Below, in pieces: positions 49,514 to 58,323 of a DNA stretch of 58,323 nucleotides. Location: the NCBI RefSeq assembly GCF_001194135.2, contig NC_068986.1, positions 29,892,275 through 29,950,597 of the forward strand. The letters are read 5' to 3'. Made by a program: the position numbers and the translations under genes. Origin of the DNA: Octopus bimaculoides (taxonomy: Eukaryota). Numbering within the stretch: the stretch's first letter is position 1; each line of letters opens with the position of its first letter. The notes under the pieces are model-generated. The model made no database searches. It saw only the letters and a list, made by a program, of their open reading frames with translations, and was not told where the DNA came from.

Positions 49514-50003
49514 AAAAGGTGTTTTAGCATCTATGGCACACAAGGAGAGGAAAAAGGTTTTTGGTGCAGCTGGTGATATGAACAATTGCTTGGATGACTC
49601 AGTGCAAGTAGTTATGTAATCTTGGTGACATAACTAGTGCTGGCATTAATGATGACATAGTGGCTAGCATTTAATGACTGTAGAATAAGTTTTAGAAAAA
49701 TCATTACTTTCAGCACAAACAGTGTCCCACGCTGTAGTGAAGACTGTTTTCTTGAAAACTGTAATGATGTATGGCAGTTAAACATTGGCTGTGAACATAA
49801 AGAATTCACAATAATTGGAGAATATGGAGAAGTATGATTTGAAGGATGTTGAAAATTAACGCACAAGAAAAGATTGTGTTCATGTGAAATAATATCAGAG
49901 ATATTAACAGAGTGGTAAACTGAGAAGATTTGGAATTAATTTGATTGATTGAATTTGTGAATATTTGGTCTCATGGATGAGGTGACATAAGATTCCAAGG
50001 CAA

Positions 50004-50139
50004 AGAGAGTGATGTTATATTGTAACAGAGTGTGATGTTATATTGTAACAGAGAGTGATGTTATATTGTAACAGAGTGTGATGTTATATTGTAACAGAGT
50101 GTGATGTTATATTGTAACAGAGTGTGATGTTATATTGTT
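50004..50139 (+). repeat. 23-bp minisatellite, about 6 units
   Basis: AGAG(A/T)GTGATGTTATATTGTAAC repeated head to tail with no spacers. Confidence 0.95.
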
Positions 50140-52284
50140 AAATTCATTTAGTCTTAGCTGGGAATACATCTGTTAAAATTATGCTGATGAGGATAATTTG
50201 AATAAAGAAGCATATGTTTAGATTAAATATATTAAGTTATCTGCATTATATCAACATCAGTGTCTTACTATAATTTTAATGCATTATCACTTGGGAATGT
50301 TAATTAAATACAAAACTGTTAAGGATATCAAATTTGCATAGACACCGAAGACAACTCCGCCACCTCAAACCATTTTGAAGAATTAGAATTACAGTATAAT
50401 TTAAGGAAGTTATATCTTCTCTCTATCAATAATGATCCTATTCAATCAATTCCCATTACACTTACCCTTTATAATATTATTGACTTGTAGCCAATGCAGG
50501 AAATAAATTCTCATTTGTGCTCTTATTTACTATTACTTCTGAAAAGAATTCCAAACTAGATTAAGAGAAGGTAAAACCAGGAATCCAAGGTAACTCATGG
50601 TCAGCTTTGGCAGGTAAGATTTTGTTAAATTTGCCTAGGGGAGTGAAGAATCAGACATTTTGGCATCTTACCCTTGATCTGAGAGTGTGAAAGAAAGTAA
50701 TATTGTAACTTTGGCTGCAAATTAATTTATTTGAAACCAAAGCAACAACCACTCTCAGACAAAGGACAAAGTCTTGAAACATTACGTTCTTCAATGTTTA
50801 AACAGTTGAACATATGCAACTCATGTAAAACTTAGTCATTGTCATCATTTTTGTCTGCTTTTTCTATGCTGGCATGGGTTGGATGAAAGTTATTGGGACA
50901 GTTATTGTTAGATGGCTTTCCTGAAGCAAATCCTTGTTTTCCAGCAAGACACTTAATTATATGTCTTTGCAACGTTCAGACACGGAGCCTTCAGACTGTT
51001 GCTTTATGCGGGATATAAATACATCACTGCTGCTCAAACACTGTTAGTGCAAAGGCATATACACATGCACACATCACACACATCACACACACACACTTTT
51101 ATACAGGCACACCACCCACTCATACATGCATGCAAGTATACCACACACACATACATTCACACACATGCATGTCTATGTTATGTATATGTGTGTGTGTATA
51201 TATATGTATGTGTATATATGTATATGTATATATGTGAATGCAAGTGTGTGTGTGTGTGTGTATGTGCGCATGCACATGCATTTATTGAAGTCATTTACCC
51301 AAAGTACTGCAGAGAGGGACTGAACCCAGGACCATGTGATTTTGAAGTAAACTTGTAAACCACACGGGCACACATATGTACACACATGATACTATTTGTT
51401 GCTTGCATCATCTTATTTTGGATGTCTCAAGCGACCTAGCTAGGAAATCAATATCAGTTCCATTATATGATAAAAGCATCTGTGTTGCTATTAAAAGTGC
51501 TAGAATTTCTGGGAAATAAATCTGTACAATTTATGGAAGCATTGATAAAGAGATACAAAATGATTAAAAATAAATGGAAGTTCAGTGGTTGACAAATATA
51601 AATTCCCTATGTTATGAATATAACTTTGGTAGAACTTAAAAGCTTCAGTGAAATAATAGAAAATTCAATTGACTATTTGGAAGTTTTGTAAATTGAAAGC
51701 TACTTGTATAATTTGGAATTTTACACATTCTTCTTTTACACTAAACACCCACATTCCACTTTTATACACCCACACAAAACGGCAGGCAACGAGGTGTGGT
51801 TCAGAAACAAAAACATACAAGTTAAATAATAATTATATGAAGAAAAAAAACCATCAGTTTACCATTAAATACAGCTCTGTCTGATAGATAAAACTATAAA
51901 TTGAATATGTTTGTGCATAAGACAAAATATATTGCTGTTATGTTTGCAGTTTATCAAGCCAGCTTATCATTTATCCTTCTCATCTATTCATTTTAGCTGT
52001 TACCCATCAGTTTTATCTTATCAATTAAAGTGTTAATCTAAGTTAGATTCCATCGTACTACAGATCTATCACACAATGAGTTGGTGTCAATGTCACAAAT
52101 GCAAACTGATTATTTTCTTAAGTTACTAAGCCAAATGCTAAATTCCATTTATGGGGGTGTGGTTCATATCTTGAAAAGAGCCCCGCATTCTATTACTTAG
52201 AATGTGCTAACATTTTATTAAAACTTTCAGTTCACTTTATTTTATTCTATCAACATTCTAACTGAAGGCATATTGCTGCAGTAC

Positions 52285-52517
52285 TGAGTGTGGCCGTTGC
52301 CAGTACTGTCTGACTGGCCTTCGTGCCAGTGGCACGTAAAAGCACCCACTACACTCTCGGAGTGGTTGACATTAGGAAGGGCATCCAGCAGTAGAAACTC
52401 TGCCAAATCAGTTTGGAGCCTGGTGTAGCCATCTGGTTTCACCAGTCCTCAGTCAAATAGTCCAACCCATGCTAGCATGGAAAGCGGACGTTAAACAATG
52501 ATGATGATGATGATGAT
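52285..52517 (+). mobile_element. Retroposon family D (probable RTE-type 3' tail)
   Basis: Reverse complement of 19251-19485; TTAGGAAGGGCATCCAGC core and (GAT)n tail. Confidence 0.9.
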
Positions 52518-52589
52518 ACCATAAAGTTCCTTGACCAGGTCTAAAAATATATAAATTTACACCAGCACTCTAGTAAATAATGTATTTCA

Positions 52590-52700
52590 TGTATTATTTA
52601 TATTTAAGCAACATCCCTTTTGAAATACTCCCCTTGGGAACATACATAGTGGCCCTGGTACATCTCCCTCGCAAAAGCATCAGAAATCCTCTTCCTCTGC
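52590..52700 (-). mobile_element. Small mariner 3' end remnant
   Basis: CCCTTTTGAAATACTCCCC reads G(E)YF..G on the minus strand, as at mariner transposase C-termini. Confidence 0.35.
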
Positions 52701-53359
52701 AACAGGGGCCATAGAGGCTCTAAGCATGTAAAAGATTTTGGTGGCCGTGTATATATATATGTAATTCAAAATACAAACAATAATAAACCATAACTGAATT
52801 TTCTTTTTTTTCAAACTGAAGCAATGATGGAAAATAATGTTTATATTTGTATACTTTCACTTTATTTATATATGACAAGTTTTCTCCTACATTTTAATTG
52901 CAAAGTCATTGTGACACCATGAACACTTCGAAATTATATTTTCAACCATATAAACCACTTCGAATATTATTTTAGAAAGTTTAAAGTGATTTTTTTGTGT
53001 ACCATAAACCATTTACCATTTCTGTGGTGCCTGATGTCTTAAGCACGTGCTTAGTTTGCTTATTTCAATTGACAATTTGGAAGTTTTGTAAATTGAAAAC
53101 TACTTGTATAATTTAGAATTTTATACATTCTTCTTTTGCATTTTACACCCACACTCCACTTTTATACACCCACACGAAACAGTAGGCAACGAGGTGTGGT
53201 CCAGAAGCAAAAACAAACAAGTTAAATAATAATTATATAAAGAAAAAGTCATCAGCTTAATGTTAAATACAGCTCTATCTGGTAGATAAAAATATAGATT
53301 AAATTTGTTTTGTGCATAAGATAGAATATATTATTGTTATGCTTGCAGTACGGCTCTGC

Positions 53360-53745
53360 AGTGGAGGCACAATGGCCTAGTGGTTAGGGCAGCGGACTCG
53401 TGGTCATAGGATCGCGGTTTCGATTCCCAGACCGGGCGTTGTGAGTGTTTATTGAGCGAAAACACCTAAAGCACCACGAGGCTCTGGCAGGGGATGGTGG
53501 CGAACCCTGCTGTACTCTTTCACCACAACTTTCTCTCACTCTTACTTCCTGTTTCTGTTGTGCCTGTAATTCAAAGGGTTGGCCTTGTCACACTGTGTCA
53601 CACTGAATATCCCCGAGAGCTATGTTAAGGGTACACGTGTCTGTGGAGTGCTCAGCCACTTGCACGTTAATTTCCCGAGCAGGCTGTTCCGTTGATCGGA
53701 TCAACTGGAACACTCAACGTCGTAAGCGACAGAGTGCCAACAACT
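53360..53745 (+). mobile_element. SINE family B, full length
   Basis: Intact A box (TGGCCTAGTGG) and B box (GGTTTCGATTCC); matches the 6630 copy; a further 3' fragment lies at 54072-54135. Confidence 0.9.
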
Positions 53746-55399
53746 GCTTTGCAACAACTGTTGTTTTGTGTCTGGTCCTAAGTCATAAACACAACTTTCA
53801 TCACTTATGATGATTCGTAAGATGAAAGCTGGGTTGTCATATGCCTTCTCATGAAGCTCAAAGCACACATCAAAACACTAACGCTTTTGATCGAGTGTCA
53901 AGATCCAGAGGAGACATAATAGCAAAAGGATGCATGTTCAAGTTTTCCATGAGAATTTCCTCACTGACTCCACAACTGATTCCTATCATGTGTGAAATGA
54001 ATTGTTTGGCAATAATCCTAATAGAGTTCAAAAATTTTTTCCACATTTGTTAGCATTTTACTAATGAATGGTCAATTTCATGAGCAGGCTGTTCCATTGA
54101 TCAGATCAACTGGAACACTCACCATCATAATCAACAATGGCAGTTTAATCAAAGTAGTTATGGATTAAAACTTCACACAAATCTCCCTTGTATATTTTCA
54201 TCTTCCTTGCGCAAGAGAGTGTCCATATCTTCCTCTTTAGGTGTAATATGATTAAATGAAATATTTTCACAGAATTCTCTTTATGAGAAAATTGTGTTGT
54301 TCTCTTACAACAATAGATGGATTTGAAAAATGAAAACTTGCCATTTCATGGAATTTAATCTTCTATAATTTATGAAAGAAAAAAATTTAGTTTTTCCTCT
54401 TCAGTTGAAAACACCGTTTGATAGGAAATACCTGTTTGAAAAGAGATGAATACAATGAGATAAATAAAATATATAAAAGATAAAATGAATTACAGAGGAG
54501 TTAAATAAGTAAATAAAATGGAAATTTTGTTAAAAGAGAGTAATTTACAATTTGTAATTATTGATAATTATCACGTTAAGAAGGATGTAGTTTTGAAAGA
54601 AAGCAAAGTATATATAAATGGAGAAATAAATAAACCATATTGAAGTTTCCTGAATTAATTTTCATTGTGACGAAAATGAAAACAATGAACTGCTTAGCGT
54701 GTGAAAGGAAGAAAGAAAATAAACGCGAGTTATCATCATCAGCAACAACAGCAGCAGCAATACATTCCATTAGAAGAAATGCAACAACTTGAAAGAATCA
54801 ATAACAGCTTCAGCACTAAAGATGCATTAATATAAAAAAGAACATCAGCCACAACAGTTCTGTGTTAAGCTGAGATTTTTAACGATTGTCAAAGCAATAA
54901 TTTTTAGCGAGGTTTAAGCAGTGGCAAGAAACAATATCAATACAAATCTGTAAATTCTTTTTTCGTTTTCCAGCTTTTCTGATCCAAACACATTAGAAAA
55001 AAAAAAAAAAAAAAAAAAAAAANNNNNNNNNNNNNNNNNNNNNNNNNNNNNNNNNNNNNNNNNNNNNNNNNNNNNNNNNNNNNNNNNNNNNNNNNNNNNN
55101 NNNNNNNNNNNNNNNNNNNNNNNNNNNNNNNNNNNNNNNNNNNNNNNNNNNNNNNNNNNNNNNNNNNNNNNNNNNNNNNNNNNNNNNNNNNNNNNNNNNN
55201 NNNNNNNNNNNNNNNNNNNNNNNNNNNNNNNNNNNNNNNNNNNNNNNNNNNNNNNNNNNNNNNNNNNNNNNNNNNNNNNNNNNNNNNNNNNNNNNNNNNN
55301 CAAGCAGTGGGGAGAGACAAACATAATGCACATGCATGCACATGTGTGTGCGCACGTGCACACACACACTCTCACACACACACACACACACACACACAT

Positions 55400-55560
55400 A
55401 ATTGGTTTCTTTCAGTTTCTGTCTACCAAATCCACTCGCAAGGATTTGGTTTCCCCAAAGCTATTGCAGAAAACACCCAAGGTGCCTCACAGTGGGACTG
55501 AACCCACAATAATGTGGTGGTTGGTAAGCAAGATTGTTAACTACACAACCACACCAGCAC
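55400..55560 (-). mobile_element. SINE family A head fragment
   Basis: TTTCTTTCAGTTTCTGTCTACCAAATCCACTCGCAAGG...GTGGGACTGAACCC...GGTTGGTAAGCAAG. Confidence 0.75.
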
Positions 55561-55565
55561 CTATA

Positions 55566-55597
<32 letters not shown>

Positions 55598-55601
<4 letters not shown>

Positions 55602-55830
55602 GTGTCCCCCCAAAAATGTATACACACGTTAGCAGCTGATAACTCAATTGATGCTTTTTGTTTCCAGATTAAACTCATTGGAATGAATGATGGCAGTTAG
55701 ACTAAGCTTTGATCAAAGGAAATCCATTCTAAAATGCTACTAGAAGTGTGAAAACGCAGTTGAAGTGCAAAGACAGTTTAGAAGGGAGTTTCAAACAGAC
55801 CCACCAACGCGACTTACCATCACTCGAATT
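55598..55830 (+). mobile_element. Tc1/mariner-superfamily 5' end: TIR plus HTH-type transposase N-terminus (pseudogene)
   Basis: TA + CAGAGTGTCCCCCCAAAAATG TIR. ATG at 55687 gives MMAVRLSFDQRKSILKCY*KCENAVEVQRQFRREFQTDPPTRLTITRI, resembling DUF4817-type transposase HTH; premature TAG, truncated. Confidence 0.75.
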
Positions 55831-56289
55831 ACAAGAGAACCCCATCCACCCATACCTAAACTTATCAATACTCCTTAAATTCTATATTATCAGCGGGGTG
55901 CACTCTGTATCTCTTCTTTGCATTACAACAAACTTTCCTCTGAACTCAGTGGCTGTATATTCTCTACACTCATGTCATGTACTCGCTCTCTTACATCATT
56001 GTTCTAGAAATCTTTTCCCACCCATATTTAGTCTTCAAATTTCTAACTAAACACAATATCATTCGTTTTAAGTGCATCCAGTCAATCTACCCTGCCTTAA
56101 AAAAAAATATTAAAAACTCCAAAGCTATGAGTATCGTTTTTCCTTCTTAGGTTAACACAAAAGAAAATTCTTTTTGTGTAGCTAAGCCACAATTGTGAGT
56201 GGAACTTTGTATTAAACTAGTTTTCAGCAACCTTACTCAACTGACAGAGGCTTTTGTAGTTCTAACAGTGAGTAATCATAAATCTTTGC

Positions 56290-56366
56290 TCAATATTTGT
56301 GCTTATTTATTGACTGTGTGGCACCCTTGAACAGGCATCTTCTGCTATAGCCTTAGCTTGACAAAT

Positions 56367-56403
<37 letters not shown>

Positions 56404-56544
56404 GTCATCAGTCATCATCATCCATATCATCACCATCACCATCATCATCATCATCATCATCATCATCCATATCATCATCATCATCATCATCACCATCATC
56501 ATCATCAGTCATCATCATCCATATCATCAGTCATCATCATCCAT

Positions 56545-56576
<32 letters not shown>

Positions 56577-56577
56577 T

Positions 56578-56632
<55 letters not shown>

Positions 56633-56652
56633 CCACCACCACCACCACCACC

Positions 56653-56686
<34 letters not shown>

Positions 56687-57505
56687 TCATCATCCATATC
56701 ATCATCATCATCATCATCANNNNNNNNNNNNNNNNNNNNNNNNNNNNNNNNNNNNNNNNNNNNNNNNNNNNNNNNNNNNNNNNNNNNNNNNNNNNNNNNN
56801 NNNNNNNNNNNNNNNNNNNNNNNNNNNNNNNNNNNNNNNNNNNNNNNNNNNNNNNNNNNNNNNNNNNNNNNNNNNNNNNNNNNNNNNNNNNNNNNNNNNN
56901 NNNNNNNNNNNNNNNNNNNNNNNNNNNNNNNNNNNNNNNNNNNNNNNNNNNNNNNNNNNNNNNNNNNNNNNNNNNNNNNNNNNNNNNNNNNNNNNNNNNN
57001 NNNNNNNNNNNNNNNNNNNNNNNNNNNNNNNNNNNNNNNNNNNNNNNNNNNNNNNNNNNNNNNNNNNNNNNNNNNNNNNNNNNNNNNNNNNNNNNNNNNN
57101 NNNNNNNNNNNNNNNNNNNNNNNNNNNNNNNNNNNNNNNNNNNNNNNNNNNNNNNNNNNNNNNNNNNNNNNNNNNNNNNNNNNNNNNNNNNNNNNNNNNN
57201 NNNNNNNNNNNNNNNNNNNNNNNNNNNNNNNNNNNNNNNNNNNNNNNNNATATATATATATATATATACATATATGTGTGTGTGTGTGTCTATTTTCTTG
57301 TCAGTGTTGCATAACACTGCAACCATCAGAGGTAAAAACGACAATGTATTGTGCCAAAAAGCATAACTTAGCAATTTGACAAATCAATATCGATGAAATA
57401 AGTAAAGTCAATTTATTGATTAAAGCCCTTCAAGGTGGTGCTCCATCAAAGCCAGAATCCAATGACCGAAATCAGTAAAAGAATAAAAGAATAAAAGAAT
57501 AAAAA
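56290..57505 (+). mobile_element. Degenerate family A SINE with greatly expanded internal (CAT)/(CAC) microsatellite and gap
   Basis: Head-like GTGTGGCACCCTTG..CATCTTCTGCTATAGCC (56290-56355); (CAT)n/(CAC)n at 56365-56719; gap; (TA)(TG); 3' AACTTAGC...GGTGCTCCA..AATGAC.GAAA..AGT(AAAAGAAT)n. Confidence 0.55.
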
Positions 57506-58089
57506 GTTAACAACTGTTTTGCTTGCCAGTTCATGCCAGAGAAAGAATTGAAGTATTAGAGACATGTAATGCAAAAAATATGGTCAATGCCAGCTTAAAA
57601 TATACAGCAAAATGCTAATAGAATATAGATTTGACTAAAACTGCAGAATATGCGGGATGAGGACAGTTAGATCAGATTTTAACTGGTTAGGCTTCACTGA
57701 ACAAGTAATGAAGGGTTTGAGATACACAGAGGGATGTTGAATTGAAGACCTATCAATTTTCCTTATTAATATACTGAAAGCAAAATATATTGAAATATTT
57801 GCCTTTTTTTTTTTTGTCTCACTTACCTCAAGAATAATTGCAATAATCATTCATTCATTCATGTAACAGGAATTGCCTCTGTTGGACAGTAACAGAGTCT
57901 TGTAAAAATTTCTATATCGGCAATAAATATTGTTGGTAGGTATTGATCTCTTTGAAATAGTTGCACTATATGAGTGAATGAATGATTTAGTGTGCATGTG
58001 TGTATTTTGCTTTCTTTTTATATATATATGTATATATATAGTAAACAAGAAAAAATACACACATACACACACACTATATATATATAGAT

Positions 58090-58130
<41 letters not shown>

Positions 58131-58323
58131 TTATATTGCTCTCAGAACCATTTAACAAAATCTAAGTATGGACAGATTCATTTATTTCTGGTTTTGGAAT
58201 ATAGCAAAAGATACATTGGTAAATTATTAAAATCTCCTACACCTTGTCAGTAGCTTTCAGATTTCATTATTGTATATTTATGGAAAGGATATACATATAA
58301 ACATATATACATACGCACATACA

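Larger units (their letters stand above)
51664..53349 (+). repeat. Local direct duplication of about 285 bp: 51664-51950 and 53064-53349
   Basis: Shared TTTGGAAGTTTTGTAAATTGAAA.CTACTTGTATAATTT...GGCAACGAGGTGTGGT.CAGAA...GTTAT G.TTGCAGT; offset 1400 bp. Confidence 0.9.

Noticed and set aside
50004-50139. CRISPR-like array
   Set aside because: Head-to-tail 23-bp units with no spacers, in a eukaryotic context; it is a minisatellite. The same holds for 12368-12446.
56358-57314. 318-aa His/Ser-rich ORF
   Set aside because: Translation of a (CAT)/(CAC) microsatellite plus an N gap; not evidence of a protein.
57826-57897. Perfect minus-strand donor GAG|GTAAGT
   Set aside because: The upstream segment has stops in all frames, and a lone splice motif is not sufficient.

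Overview
AT-rich, microsatellite-dense, gapped eukaryotic DNA. The repeat families suggest an octopus (coleoid cephalopod) scaffold; this is an inference from repeat content, not a database result. I found no intact host gene, tRNA, rRNA or CRISPR array that I can support, so the window reads as a large intron or intergenic tract. It contains: an internally deleted Gypsy (Mag/K02A2.6-like) LTR retrotransposon at about 2.4-4.4 kb; two inverted copies of a CpG-rich LTR-like element (2-655 and 27754-28351); several tRNA-derived SINE families (labelled A, B, C here), plus V-domain-like SINEs; RTE LINE 3' fragments; a decayed CR1/L2-type RT; decayed Tigger/pogo and mariner transposases; and hAT MITEs with target-site duplications (TSDs). 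The best leads are: the gag-pro-only Gypsy derivative with unequal LTRs; three local direct duplications spaced 1.0-1.4 kb, one preserving a filled and an empty retroposon site; a chimeric SINE; inverted SINE pairs that could be ADAR substrates; and a few low-confidence exon candidates. Nothing here supports a confident claim of a new biological system. All alignments were done by eye, so coordinates of decayed elements are approximate.
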